NCBI RefSeq assembly: GCF_058153355.1 | Contig: NZ_CM177019.1 | Length of the DNA stretch: 64,000 nt | Direction: 5' to 3' (one strand) | Shown: positions 13,261-25,469 of the stretch, piece by piece | Numbering within the stretch: the stretch's first letter is position 1 | How the letters are laid out: the number at the start of each line of letters is the position of its first letter | Made by a program: the position numbers and the translations under genes | Notes under the pieces: model-generated | Told to the model about the DNA's origin: nothing | Seen by the model: the letters and a program-made list of their open reading frames with translations, nothing else | Database searches by the model: none

Positions 13261-13863
13261 ATGGGAAATTCTGACCGTAAGCCTGGTCTGATTAAGCGCC
13301 TGTGGAAATGGTGGCGTACCCCCAGCCGTCTGGCGCTAGGGACGCTGCTGTTGATCGGTTTTGTCGGCGGCATCGTTTTCTGGGGCGGCTTTAACACTGG
13401 GATGGAAAAAGCCAATACCGAAGAGTTCTGCATTAGCTGCCACGAAATGCGTAACACGGTGTATCAGGAATACATGGATTCTGTGCACTACAACAACCGT
13501 AGTGGCGTCCGTGCGACCTGTCCGGATTGTCACGTTCCGCACGAGTTTGTGCCGAAGATGATACGCAAGCTCAAAGCAAGTAAAGAGCTGTATGGTAAAA
13601 TTTTTGGCGTTATTGACACGCCGCAGAAATTTGAAGCTCATCGCCTGACGATGGCACAGAATGAGTGGCGGCGCATGAAGGACAATAACTCGCAGGAGTG
13701 TCGTAACTGTCACAACTTCGAGTATATGGATACAACCGCCCAGAAATCAGTTGCCGCTAAGATGCACGACCAGGCGGTGAAAGATGGGCAAACCTGTATT
13801 GATTGCCATAAAGGGATAGCGCACAAGCTGCCCGATATGCGCGAAGTCGAGCCAGGTTTTTAA
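13261..13863 (+). CDS. napC: Tetraheme cytochrome c NapC (NapC/NirT family quinol dehydrogenase)
   Basis: 200-aa ORF; N-terminal TM anchor and four CxxCH motifs (CISCH, CPDCH, CRNCH, CIDCH). Confidence 0.9.
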   Translation: MGNSDRKPGLIKRLWKWWRTPSRLALGTLLLIGFVGGIVFWGGFNTGMEKANTEEFCISCHEMRNTVYQEYMDSVHYNNRSGVRATCPDCHVPHEFVPKMIRKLKASKELYGKIFGVIDTPQKFEAHRLTMAQNEWRRMKDNNSQECRNCHNFEYMDTTAQKSVAAKMHDQAVKDGQTCIDCHKGIAHKLPDMREVEPGF

Positions 13864-13875
13864 CAGGGTTATTGC

Positions 13876-14499
13876 GTGGGTATGCTTGAAGCCAGAGAGT
13901 TACTTTGCGAGCGGGATGAACGAACCTTATTTAGTGGTTTGTCATTTACGCTGAACGCAGGCGAGTGGGTACAAATCACCGGCAGCAACGGCGCGGGGAA
14001 GACAACGTTTCTCCGCTTGCTGACGGGGTTGTCTCGCCCTGACGCGGGTGACGTTCTCTGGCAAGGGCAGCCCTTGCATCAGGTACGCGACAGCTACCAT
14101 CAAAACCTGTTATGGATAGGCCATCAGCCGGGGATCAAAACCCGGCTGACGGCGTTAGAAAATCTGCACTTTTATCATCGCGATGGTGATACCGCACAAT
14201 GTCTGGAAGCCCTGGCGCAGGCCGGGCTTGCCGGATTCGAAGATATTCCGGTAAATCAACTTTCTGCCGGGCAACAACGCCGCGTCGCTTTAGCGCGTCT
14301 GTGGCTGACCCGTGCCACGTTATGGATACTCGACGAGCCTTTTACCGCGATTGACGTTAACGGCGTCGATCGTCTGACCCAGCGTATGGCGCAGCATACG
14401 GAGCAGGGGGGGATTGTGATTCTGACTACCCACCAGCCGCTCAACGTTGCTGAAAGTAAAATTCGCCGCATTTCACTGACGCAAACGGGGGCCGCATGA
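13876..14499 (+). CDS. ccmA: Heme exporter ATP-binding protein CcmA
   Basis: 207-aa ORF; Walker [13 protein letters not shown] signature LSAGQQRR. Confidence 0.9.
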   Translation: MGMLEARELLCERDERTLFSGLSFTLNAGEWVQITGSNGAGKTTFLRLLTGLSRPDAGDVLWQGQPLHQVRDSYHQNLLWIGHQPGIKTRLTALENLHFYHRDGDTAQCLEALAQAGLAGFEDIPVNQLSAGQQRRVALARLWLTRATLWILDEPFTAIDVNGVDRLTQRMAQHTEQGGIVILTTHQPLNVAESKIRRISLTQTGAA

Positions 14500-15158
14500 T
14501 GTTCTGGCGCATTTTCCGTCTTGAGCTGCGCGTGGCGTTTCGCCATAGCGCCGAAATCGCTAACCCGCTGTGGTTCTTCCTGATTGTTATTACCCTTTTT
14601 CCGCTCAGTATCGGTCCGGAGCCGCAACTGCTCGCGCGTATTGCGCCGGGCATTATCTGGGTTGCAGCGCTGCTTTCATCCTTGCTGGCACTGGAACGAC
14701 TGTTCCGTGACGATTTGCAGGACGGCAGTCTTGAACAATTGATGTTGTTGCCGTTACCCTTGCCCGCCGTTGTGCTGGCGAAGGTGATGGCGCACTGGAT
14801 GGTAACAGGTCTGCCGTTACTCATCCTTTCGCCTCTGGTAGCAATGCTACTGGGAATGGATGTTTATGGCTGGCAAGTGATGGCGCTGACGCTGCTGCTG
14901 GGAACCCCAACGCTTGGTTTTCTCGGTGCACCGGGCGTGGCGCTGACAGTGGGACTTAAGCGCGGTGGTGTGCTGCTCAGCATACTGGTATTACCGCTGA
15001 CTATCCCATTACTCATCTTTGCCACCGCCGCGATGGACGCGGCTTCCATGCATTTGCCCGTTGACGGGTATCTGGCAATTTTAGGCGCGTTGTTGGCAGG
15101 CACCGCGACATTAAGTCCTTTTGCGACGGCGGCAGCGTTACGAATCAGCATTCAATAA
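14496..15158 (+). CDS. ccmB: Heme exporter membrane protein CcmB
   Basis: 220-aa polytopic membrane ORF overlapping ccmA by 4 nt. Confidence 0.9.
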
Positions 15159-15199
15159 CGCTGGATTACTGATTTTTGTTCGAGTCTGGTATCGAAACT

Positions 15200-15937
15200 A
15201 TGTGGAAAACACTGCATCAACTGGCGATCCCACCACGGCTGTATCAAATCTGTGGCTGGTTTATACCGTGGCTGGCAATTGCCAGTGTGGTCGTGCTTAC
15301 CGTCGGCTGGATCTGGGGATTCGGCTTTGCTCCGGCTGATTATCAGCAGGGAAATAGCTACCGCATTATCTACCTGCATGTGCCTGCGGCGATCTGGTCG
15401 ATGGGCATTTATGCATCAATGGCGGTGGCAGCGTTTATTGGCCTGGTCTGGCAGATGAAAATGGCCAACCTGGCGGTGGCGGCGATGGCCCCCATTGGTG
15501 CCGTGTTTACCTTTATTGCCCTGGTTACCGGCTCTGCATGGGGAAAACCGATGTGGGGCACCTGGTGGGTATGGGATGCACGTCTGACTTCTGAACTGGT
15601 GCTGCTGTTTCTGTATGTTGGTGTCATTGCCCTGTGGCACGCCTTCGACGACCGTCGTCTGGCGGGCCGTGCGGCAGGTATCCTGGTGCTGATTGGCGTG
15701 GTGAATCTGCCGATTATTCATTACTCCGTGGAGTGGTGGAACACCCTGCATCAGGGATCAACGCGGATGCAGCAAAGTATCGATCCGGCGATGCGTTCGC
15801 CGCTGCGCTGGTCGATTTTTGGCTTCCTGCTGCTGTCTGCCACGCTGACGCTGATGCGGATGCGTAATTTAATTTTGCTGATGGAAAAACGCCGTCCGTG
15901 GGTGAGTGAACTGATACTGAAAAGAGGCCGTAAATGA
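15200..15937 (+). CDS. ccmC: Heme exporter protein CcmC
   Basis: 245-aa product from internal ATG (MWKTLHQLA...); WWxWD-like tryptophan-rich motif (WGTWWVWDARL). Confidence 0.88.
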   Translation: MWKTLHQLAIPPRLYQICGWFIPWLAIASVVVLTVGWIWGFGFAPADYQQGNSYRIIYLHVPAAIWSMGIYASMAVAAFIGLVWQMKMANLAVAAMAPIGAVFTFIALVTGSAWGKPMWGTWWVWDARLTSELVLLFLYVGVIALWHAFDDRRLAGRAAGILVLIGVVNLPIIHYSVEWWNTLHQGSTRMQQSIDPAMRSPLRWSIFGFLLLSATLTLMRMRNLILLMEKRRPWVSELILKRGRK

Positions 15938-16143
15938 CCCCTGCATTTGCTTCCTGGAATGAATTTTTCGCAATGGGCGGTTACGCCTTTTTTGTCTGGC
16001 TGGCGGTGGTGATGACCGTTATTCCGCTGGTGGTTTTGGTCGTGCACTCGGTGATGCAGCATCGCGCAATTCTGCGTGGCGTGGCGCAACAGCGGGCGCG
16101 TGAGGCGCGTTTACGTGCTGCGCAACAGCAGGAGGCTGCATGA
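15934..16143 (+). CDS. ccmD: Heme exporter protein CcmD
   Basis: 69-aa single-TM ORF overlapping both neighbours. Confidence 0.85.
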
Positions 16144-16619
16144 ATATTCGCCGTAAAAACCGTTTGTGGATTGCCTGTGCCGTGCTGGCGGGGCTGGCAC
16201 TGACTATCGGCCTGGTGTTGTATGCGCTGCGCTCGAATATCGATCTTTTTTATACGCCGGGGGAAATTCTCTACGGCAAGCGTGAAACTCAACAGATGCC
16301 GGAAGTCGGTCAGCGTCTGCGCGTTGGCGGGATGGTGATGCCGGGTAGTGTGCAGCGCGATCCCAATTCGCTGAAAGTAACGTTCACCATTTACGACGCT
16401 GAAGGTTCAGTAGATGTCTCTTACGAAGGCATTTTGCCGGATCTGTTCCGTGAAGGGCAGGGCGTAGTGGTGCAGGGCGAACTGGAAAAAGGTAATCATA
16501 TCCTCGCGAAAGAAGTACTGGCGAAACACGATGAAAACTACACGCCGCCAGAAGTCGAGAAAGCGATGGAAGCTAATCACCGTCGCCCGGCGAGTGTTTA
16601 TAAGGACCCAGCATCATGA
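16140..16619 (+). CDS. ccmE: Cytochrome c-type biogenesis heme chaperone CcmE
   Basis: 159-aa ORF with N-terminal TM anchor; position in the ccm operon. Confidence 0.9.
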
Positions 16620-18559
16620 TGCCAGAAATTGGTAACGGACTGCTGTGCCTGGCGCTAGGAATTGCGCTGTTGCTGTCCGTGTATCCGCTATGGGGCGTGG
16701 CGCGCGGGGATGCGCGCATGATGGCTTCTTCGCGCTTGTTTGCCTGGCTGCTGTTTATGTCTGTGGCTGGCGCATTTCTGGTGCTGGTCAATGCTTTCGT
16801 GGTCAACGACTTTACCGTCACCTATGTTGCCAGCAACTCCAATACCCAGCTTCCGGTGTGGTATCGCGTAGCGGCAACCTGGGGTGCGCATGAAGGCTCG
16901 CTACTGCTGTGGGTGCTGCTGATGAGCGGCTGGACATTTGCGGTGGCGATTTTTAGTCAGCGTATTCCGCTGGATATTGTGGCCCGTGTACTGGCGATAA
17001 TGGGGATGGTCAGTGTCGGCTTTTTGCTGTTCATTCTCTTTACCTCTAACCCGTTCTCACGCACGTTGCCGAACTTCCCGATTGAAGGGCGCGATCTTAA
17101 CCCGCTGTTGCAGGATCCAGGGCTGATCTTCCATCCGCCTCTGCTCTATATGGGGTACGTCGGTTTCTCGGTGGCGTTTGCTTTTGCCATTGCTTCTTTG
17201 CTGAGTGGGCGTCTGGACAGCACTTACGCACGCTTTACCCGTCCGTGGACGCTGGTGGCGTGGATCTTCCTGACGCTCGGCATTGTGCTCGGTTCCGCAT
17301 GGGCCTATTACGAACTCGGCTGGGGCGGTTGGTGGTTCTGGGATCCGGTAGAAAACGCCTCATTTATGCCGTGGTTGGTGGGTACTGCGCTGATGCACTC
17401 GCTGGCGGTCACTGAACAGCGTGCCAGCTTCAAAGCGTGGACATTACTGCTGGCAATCAGTGCCTTCTCGCTGTGTCTGCTGGGGACTTTCCTTGTGCGT
17501 TCCGGCGTGCTGGTATCGGTACACGCGTTTGCGTCTGATCCGGCGCGCGGTATGTTTATCCTCGCTTTTATGGTGCTGGTGATTGGCGGTTCGCTGCTGC
17601 TGTTTGCCGCGCGTGGACACAAAGTTCGCTCACGCGTAAACAATGCGCTGTGGTCGCGGGAATCTTTGCTGTTAGCGAACAACGTTTTGCTGGTCGCCGC
17701 GATGCTGGTGGTGTTGCTGGGGACGCTGCTGCCGCTGGTGCACAAGCAACTGGGACTGGGCAGCATTTCGATTGGCGAACCGTTCTTCAACACCATGTTT
17801 ACCTGGCTGATGGTGCCGTTTGCGCTACTGCTGGGTGTCGGTCCTCTGGTGCGCTGGGGGCGCGATCGCCCACGTAAAATCCGCAATTTATTGATTATCG
17901 CCTTCATCTCTATGCTGGTGCTGTCTCTGCTGTTGCCGTGGCTGTTCGAAAGCAAAGTTGTGGCGATGACGGTGCTCGGCCTGGCAATGGCCTGCTGGAT
18001 TGCGGTGCTGGCAATTGCGGAAGCTGCGCTGCGTATTTCACGCGGCACGAAAACCACCTTCAGTTATTGGGGAATGGTGGCGGCTCACCTGGGGCTGGCA
18101 GTGACAATTGTTGGTATTGCCTTTAGCCAGAACTATAGCGTTGAGCGTGATGTGCGCATGAAGTCCGGCGATAGCGTCGATATTCATGAATATCGCTTCA
18201 CCTTCCGTGATGTCAAAGAGGTGACTGGCCCGAACTGGCGCGGCGGTGTGGCGACTATCGGCGTAACGCGCGATGGCAAGCCGGAAACGGTGCTGTATGC
18301 GGAAAAACGTTATTACAACACTGCCGGGTCGATGATGACCGAAGCGGCGATTGACGGTGGCATCACGCGTGACCTGTACGCAGCGCTCGGTGAAGAGTTG
18401 GAAAACGGCGCGTGGGCTGTGCGTCTTTACTACAAACCGTTTGTTCGCTGGATTTGGGCGGGCGGGCTGATGATGGCGTTGGGCGGGCTGCTGTGCCTGT
18501 TTGATCCTCGCTATCGTAAGCGCGTAAGCCCGCAAAAAACTGCGCCGGAGGCTGTATGA
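16616..18559 (+). CDS. ccmF: Cytochrome c-type biogenesis heme lyase subunit CcmF
   Basis: 647-aa polytopic membrane ORF; WGGWWFWD tryptophan-rich motif. Confidence 0.92.
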
Positions 18560-19113
18560 AGCGCAAAGTATTGTTAATTCCTTTGATTATCTTCCTGGCG
18601 ATTGCCGCGGCATTGCTGTGGCAGCTGGCACGTAATGCCGAAGGGGATGATCCGACCAATCTGGAATCGGCGCTCATTGGCAAGCCGGTGCCAAAGTTTC
18701 GCCTCGAATCACTGGACAACCCGGGGCAGTTTTATCAGGCGGATGTGCTGACTCAGGGCAAACCAGTGCTGCTTAACGTCTGGGCGACCTGGTGTCCGAC
18801 CTGCCGTGCGGAACATCAATATCTGAATCAGCTTTCTGCGCAGGGCATCCGCGTAGTTGGCATGAACTATAAAGACGATCGCCAGAAAGCGATCAGCTGG
18901 CTGAAAGAGCTGGGCAATCCTTACGCGTTAAGCCTGTTTGATGGCGACGGCATGTTAGGGCTGGATCTCGGTGTCTATGGCGCGCCAGAAACGTTCCTCA
19001 TCGACGGCAACGGCATCATTCGCTATCGCCATGCGGGCGATCTCAATCCTCGCGTCTGGGAAGAAGAGATCAAGCCGCTGTGGGAGAAATACAGTAAGGA
19101 GGCCGCACAATGA
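18556..19113 (+). CDS. ccmG: Thiol:disulfide interchange protein CcmG (DsbE)
   Basis: 185-aa ORF with thioredoxin motif WCPTC. Confidence 0.9.
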   Translation: MKRKVLLIPLIIFLAIAAALLWQLARNAEGDDPTNLESALIGKPVPKFRLESLDNPGQFYQADVLTQGKPVLLNVWATWCPTCRAEHQYLNQLSAQGIRVVGMNYKDDRQKAISWLKELGNPYALSLFDGDGMLGLDLGVYGAPETFLIDGNGIIRYRHAGDLNPRVWEEEIKPLWEKYSKEAAQ

Positions 19114-20162
19114 GGTTTTTATTGGGCGTGCTGATGCTGATGATCTCCGGCTCAGCGCTGGCGACCATCGACGTGTTGCAGTTTAAAGATGAAGCACAGG
19201 AACAACAGTTTCGTCAGCTTACTGAAGAACTGCGCTGCCCGAAATGCCAGAACAACAGCATTGCCGATTCCAACTCGATGATTGCCACCGACCTGCGCCA
19301 GAAAGTGTATGAACTGATGCAGGAAGGTAAAAGTAAGAAAGAGATTGTCGATTATATGGTGGCGCGTTACGGCAACTTCGTCACTTACGACCCGCCGTTA
19401 ACGCCGCTGACCGTTCTGCTGTGGGTGCTACCGGTGGTGGCTATTGGCATTGGCGGTTGGGTCATTTACGCCCGCTCGCGGCGTCGGGTACGCGTGGTGC
19501 CGGAAGCGTTTCCTGAACAAAGCGTGCCGGAAGGTAAGCGTGCCGGATATGTTGTTTATCTGCCGGGTATTGTGGTGGCGTTAATTGTGGCTGGCGTCAG
19601 CTACTACCAGACCGGCAATTATCAGCAGGTGAAAATTTGGCAGCAGGCCACGGCACAGGCGCCGGCGTTATTGGACAGGGCGCTGGATCCGAAAGCTGAG
19701 CCGCTCAACGAAGAAGAGATGTCCCGCCTTGCGCTGGGGATGCGTACTCAACTGCAAAAAAATCCGGGAGATATAGAAGGCTGGATTATGTTGGGCCGCG
19801 TTGGCATGGCGCTGGGTAACGCCAGTATTGCCACCGATGCATACGCCACTGCGTATCGCCTCGATCCGAAGAACAGCGATGCTGCACTCGGATACGCTGA
19901 AGCGTTGACACGTTCATCTGATCCCAACGACAACCGCCTGGGTGGTGAACTGCTACGCCAGTTAGTAAGAAGCGACCACAGCAATATCCGTGTGTTAAGC
20001 ATGTATGCGTTCAATGCCTTTGAGCAGCAGCGATTTGGCGAAGCCGTTGCCGCGTGGGAGATGATGTTGAAACTCTTACCTGCCAACGATACTCGCCGTG
20101 CGGTGATTGAACGCAGTATCGCGCAGGCGATGCAACACTTATCACCACAGGAGAGTAAATAA
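19110..20162 (+). CDS. ccmH: Cytochrome c-type biogenesis protein CcmH (fused CcmH/CcmI type with TPR region)
   Basis: 350-aa ORF; N-terminal LRCPKCQNNS motif, TM segment, TPR-like C-terminus. Confidence 0.9.
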   Translation: MRFLLGVLMLMISGSALATIDVLQFKDEAQEQQFRQLTEELRCPKCQNNSIADSNSMIATDLRQKVYELMQEGKSKKEIVDYMVARYGNFVTYDPPLTPLTVLLWVLPVVAIGIGGWVIYARSRRRVRVVPEAFPEQSVPEGKRAGYVVYLPGIVVALIVAGVSYYQTGNYQQVKIWQQATAQAPALLDRALDPKAEPLNEEEMSRLALGMRTQLQKNPGDIEGWIMLGRVGMALGNASIATDAYATAYRLDPKNSDAALGYAEALTRSSDPNDNRLGGELLRQLVRSDHSNIRVLSMYAFNAFEQQRFGEAVAAWEMMLKLLPANDTRRAVIERSIAQAMQHLSPQESK

Positions 20163-20222
20163 GAACAAGCCCGATGGTGATGCCATCGGGCCAGACTGAT
20201 GGCAAAGTGCGCTTTGTTTATG

Positions 20223-20256
20223 CCAGATGCGGCGTAAACGCCTTATTCAGCCTACA
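20223..20256. repeat. REP palindrome flanking the IS insertion (ccmH side)
   Basis: gccagatgcggcgtaaacgccttattcagcctac, the REP family seen elsewhere in the window. Confidence 0.55.
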
Positions 20257-20350
20257 AAATCGTGCGAACTCAATACATTGCTCGATCCGCGTAGATACTG
20301 TTATGGCCTGCAAGTTTTTTTCTACCCCGGTTTCCCAGATTGCAGGCATG

Positions 20351-21577
<1,227 letters not shown>

Positions 21578-21622
21578 TGATAAGCGTAGCGCATCAGGCA
21601 GTTTTGCGTTTGTCATCAATAT

Positions 21623-21657
21623 CAGCCCGAGGGTAAATCCATCGGGCTATTTTTTTA
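21623..21657. terminator. Bidirectional intrinsic terminator between the IS element and the narP 3' end
   Basis: Hairpin agcccga-gggtaaatccatc-gggct flanked by an A-run on one side and atttttttatt on the other; lies just downstream of the narP stop. Confidence 0.5.
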
Positions 21658-22302
21658 TTGTGCCCCACGTTGTTGCAGGAACAGAATGGTGGCCGCCACG
21701 CGTGAGCGGACATTGAGTTTACGCAGCAGATTGCGAATGTGTACTTTTACTGTCTGCTCGGAAATATTCAACACCGAGGCAATCTGTTTATTTGACAGTC
21801 CCTGTGCCAGCTCGTGCAGAACATCCAGCTCGCGCTCCGTCAGCACGCTGAAGGGATCTTCTTCCGCGCCAAACATTTCACGTTCACGTAAGTACTGATT
21901 GACGCGTTCGCTAAAGACTTTGCTGCCTTTCGCTCCGGCACGAATCGCTTCCAACAACACTTCCGGATCGCTGTCTTTCAACAGATAACCGTCTGCGCCT
22001 GCGTCTATCAGCGCAAACACATCGCTGGAGGCATCTGATACGGTCAGGATAATAATTTGCGCGGTAACGCCATCCCTGCGCAAGGCATTGAGGGTATCCA
22101 GGCCACTCATACCTTTCATATTGAGATCCAGCAAGATCACGTCGATATCCAGTCTATTCGCCAGATCGATAGCACTCGCGCCGTCGCCCGCTTCGGCGAC
22201 CACTTCAAAGCCAGGATCAAGCTCCAGTAACTGACGAACACCGCGTCGCATAAGTGGATGATCATCCACAATCATCACCTGAAAAGGCGTTGCTTCAGGC
22301 AT
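21655..22302 (-). CDS. narP: Nitrate/nitrite response regulator NarP (NarL/FixJ family)
   Basis: 215-aa product from internal ATG (MPEATPFQVMIVDDHPLMRRG...); receiver domain plus C-terminal LuxR-type HTH. Confidence 0.9.
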   Translation of the reverse strand: MPEATPFQVMIVDDHPLMRRGVRQLLELDPGFEVVAEAGDGASAIDLANRLDIDVILLDLNMKGMSGLDTLNALRRDGVTAQIIILTVSDASSDVFALIDAGADGYLLKDSDPEVLLEAIRAGAKGSKVFSERVNQYLREREMFGAEEDPFSVLTERELDVLHELAQGLSNKQIASVLNISEQTVKVHIRNLLRKLNVRSRVAATILFLQQRGAQ

Positions 22303-22621
22303 AGTAGTCTCCTGAGGTTTTATTAGAATCATTATGTTTGAGCGTAGCGTTGGAAACGCTACCAGGCGCGTGAATGTTACCCCATTTTATGTATGGACAT
22401 GTAGTGAAAAGTACAGCTCAGTAGTTCACCCTCGCATCATTTTCATTATAAATATGGAATTTTGCATCAACTTCCCATCAAGAAAAACAACTAAAAAATC
22501 AATCACAATACATGTGCATTTCTTTAAACAGTTTTTAAAAACTGACTCCGGGTATGGAGCTATGGGTATTTTCAGTACCCAATGCTTTTGACAGCAATTA
22601 ATTTCATAGGATGAAAGCTCA

Positions 22622-25216
22622 ATGCATCAATCTGGTTCTGTTTCTCTTTGTCGTTCCGCAATATCTGTTCTGGTGGCTACAGCGTTATATTCACCCATAG
22701 CATTGGCATCAACTGTTGAGTATGGTGAGACAGTTGATGGTGTTGTCCTGGAAAAAGATATCCAGCTGGTTTATGGGACCGCCAATAATACGAAAATCAA
22801 TCCTGGCGGAGAACAGCATATAAAAGAATTTGGTGTAAGTAATAATACTGAAATTAACGGAGGGTATCAGTACATTGAAATGAATGGCACCGCAGAATAC
22901 TCAGTATTAAATGACGGTTATCAAATTGTTCAAATGGGTGGCGCGGCAAACCAGACTACCCTCAATAATGGTGTGCTACAGGTTTATGGCGCAGCGAATG
23001 ATACTACCATTAAAGGCGGGCGCTTAATTATTGAAAAAGATGGCATTGCCATCTTCGCCGTTATCGAAAAGGGAGGACTACTGGAGGTTAAAGATGGCGG
23101 ATTGGCATTTGCGGTAGATCAAAAAGCAGGCGGTGCGATTAAAACAACCACGCGGGCCATGGAGGTATTCGGAACAAACCGTCTCGGTCAGTTTGATATC
23201 AAAGATGGGGTTGCTAACAATATGCTGTTGGAAAACGGCGGAAGTTTGCGGGTTGAAGAGAATGACTTCGCTTATAATACCACTGTGGATAGTGGTGGTT
23301 TACTGGAGGTTATGGATGGCGGGACTGCAACTGGCGTTGACAAAAAAGCAGGCGGAAAATTAATTGTTTCAACGAATGCGCTGGAAGTGAGTGGTACAAA
23401 CAGTAAAGGCCAATTTAGCATAAAAGATGGCGTGTCTAAAAATTATGAACTGGATGATGGTTCCGGGCTAATTGTTATGGAGGGCACTCAGGCAATTGAC
23501 ACTATCCTTGATGAGCATGCAACCATGCAATCGTTGGGAAGAGATACTGGTACGAGAGTGCAGGCACATGCAGTTTATGATCTTGGTCGGTCAGTGCAGA
23601 ATGGAAGCATAAAATATTCCTCAAATGCCATATCTGAAAATATGGTTATCGATAATGGTCGCGCTAATGTCTGGACTGGCACAATGGTTAACGTAACAGT
23701 CAGAGGAAATGAGGGCATTATTGATGCAATGGCGCTAGAATTAAATTTTTATACACCGGCTACATTTTTAGGTGACTTGGTGGTTTCTGATGGTGCATCT
23801 TTAAGAACGCATGGCGCAGTGGATACCAGTAAAGCAGATGTTTCTATCGAAGAGAGTTTTTGGGCTATTATTGCCGATATCAATAATATAAACCAAAACA
23901 CCCGTCTCAATTTAGCAAACCTGGTGATGTCAGACGGAACTGTCGTTATGATGGCTGAGCCAGTGACTCGTTCATCTGTGACGGCAAGTGCGGAAAATTT
24001 CACTACGTTGACCACCAATACCCTATCGGGAAACGGCAATTTTTATATGCGTACCGATATGGCTAATCATCAGAGCGATCAGCTCAACGTGACCGGTCAG
24101 GCAACAGGTGATTTCAAAATATTTGTGACGGACACGGGGGCCAGCCCGGCAGCAGGTGATAGCCTTACACTGGTAACAACGGGCGGCGGTGATGCTGCAT
24201 TTACCTTGGGCAATGCCGGAGGCGTTGTTGATATAGGTACGTATGAATATACCTTGCTGGATAATGGCAACCATAGCTGGAGTCTGGCAGAGAATCGCGC
24301 GCAAATTACCCCTTCAACCACTGATGTGCTGAATATGGCGGCAGCACAACCGCTGGTATTTGATGCAGAACTGGACACCGTGCGTGAGCGTCTTGGTAGC
24401 GTAAAAGGCGTTAATTACGATACGGCGATGTGGAGTTCGGCAATTAACACCCGCAACAACGTGACCACTGATGCGGGAGCTGGCTTTGAGCAAACATTGA
24501 CGGGGCTGACGCTCGGTATCGATAGCCATTTCTCCCGTGAAGAAAGCAGAACAATTCGCGGCTTGTTCTTTGGTTACTCTCATTCTGATATTGGTTTTGA
24601 TCGCGGCGGCAAAGGCAATATTGATAGCTACACCCTGGGGGCTTATGCCGGTTGGGAGCATCAGAACGGTGCCTATGTTGATGGGGTGGTGAAAGTTGAC
24701 CGTTTTGCCAACACCATCCATGGCAAGATGAGTAATGGGGCAACAGCGTTTGGCGATTACAATAGTAACGGCGCGGGTGCTCATGTTGAGAGCGGGTTCC
24801 GTTGGGTTGACGGATTGTGGAGTGTTAGACCCTATCTCGCCTTTACCGGCTTTACCACAGATGGTCAGGACTACACGTTATCAAACGGCATGCGCGCGGA
24901 TGTGGGAAATACCCGCATATTACGCGCTGAAGCGGGAACGGCGGTAAGCTATCACATGGACCTGCAAAACGGTACGACGCTGGAACCCTGGCTGAAAGCC
25001 GCCGTGCGTCAGGAATACGCCGATTCTAACCAGGTGAAAGTTAATGACGACGGTAAATTTAATAATGACGTGTCTGGAACCAGTGGCGTTTATCAGGCTG
25101 GGATAAGGTCATCGTTTACCCCGACGTTAAGCGGTCATTTGTCAGTCAGCTATGGCAATGGCGCGGGGGTAGAATCACCGTGGAATACCCAGGCGGGTGT
25201 GGTCTGGACGTTCTGA
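22622..25216 (+). CDS. yejO: Autotransporter (type Va) adhesin-like protein, apparently intact
   Basis: 864-aa ORF; signal peptide; repetitive Gly/Asp-rich passenger domain with an internal ~80-aa tandem duplication; C-terminal beta-barrel ending ...GVVWTF; lower GC than neighbours. Confidence 0.8.
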   Translation: MHQSGSVSLCRSAISVLVATALYSPIALASTVEYGETVDGVVLEKDIQLVYGTANNTKINPGGEQHIKEFGVSNNTEINGGYQYIEMNGTAEYSVLNDGYQIVQMGGAANQTTLNNGVLQVYGAANDTTIKGGRLIIEKDGIAIFAVIEKGGLLEVKDGGLAFAVDQKAGGAIKTTTRAMEVFGTNRLGQFDIKDGVANNMLLENGGSLRVEENDFAYNTTVDSGGLLEVMDGGTATGVDKKAGGKLIVSTNALEVSGTNSKGQFSIKDGVSKNYELDDGSGLIVMEGTQAIDTILDEHATMQSLGRDTGTRVQAHAVYDLGRSVQNGSIKYSSNAISENMVIDNGRANVWTGTMVNVTVRGNEGIIDAMALELNFYTPATFLGDLVVSDGASLRTHGAVDTSKADVSIEESFWAIIADINNINQNTRLNLANLVMSDGTVVMMAEPVTRSSVTASAENFTTLTTNTLSGNGNFYMRTDMANHQSDQLNVTGQATGDFKIFVTDTGASPAAGDSLTLVTTGGGDAAFTLGNAGGVVDIGTYEYTLLDNGNHSWSLAENRAQITPSTTDVLNMAAAQPLVFDAELDTVRERLGSVKGVNYDTAMWSSAINTRNNVTTDAGAGFEQTLTGLTLGIDSHFSREESRTIRGLFFGYSHSDIGFDRGGKGNIDSYTLGAYAGWEHQNGAYVDGVVKVDRFANTIHGKMSNGATAFGDYNSNGAGAHVESGFRWVDGLWSVRPYLAFTGFTTDGQDYTLSNGMRADVGNTRILRAEAGTAVSYHMDLQNGTTLEPWLKAAVRQEYADSNQVKVNDDGKFNNDVSGTSGVYQAGIRSSFTPTLSGHLSVSYGNGAGVESPWNTQAGVVWTF

Positions 25217-25278
25217 TAACAGAAAATAAACAGGCCGTAATGTGTCGCGGTCTGTTTATCAAATTAATCGCAGATATA

Positions 25279-25309
25279 AAAAAACCAACCGCAATAGGTT
25301 GGTTTTTCT
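25279..25309. terminator. Bidirectional intrinsic terminator between yejO and proL
   Basis: Hairpin ccaacc-gcaata-ggttgg flanked by aaaaaa upstream and ttttt downstream. Confidence 0.55.
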
Positions 25310-25319
25310 TGGGATTTTT

Positions 25320-25396
25320 GGTCGGCACGAGAGGATTTGAACCTCCGACCCCCGACACCCCATGACGGTGCGCTACCAGGCTGCGCTACGTGCCGA
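25320..25396 (-). tRNA. proL: tRNA-Pro (GGG anticodon)
   Basis: Minus strand reads CGGCACGTAGCGCAGCCTGGTAGCGCACCGTCATGGGGTGTCGGGGGTCGGAGGTTCAAATCCTCTCGTGCCGACCA: cloverleaf-compatible, GGG anticodon in a T-GGG-G context, TTCAAATCC T-loop, 3' CCA. Confidence 0.85.
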
Positions 25397-25469
25397 CTCG
25401 TGGCTGCTAATACTACCGTTTTCCACAACGAATGCAAGTAAGATATTTCGCTAACTGATTTATAATTAA

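Noticed and set aside
17308-18057. 249-aa minus-strand ORF
   Set aside because: Antisense within ccmF; low-complexity Ser/Ala/Arg-rich product; no RBS or genomic context.
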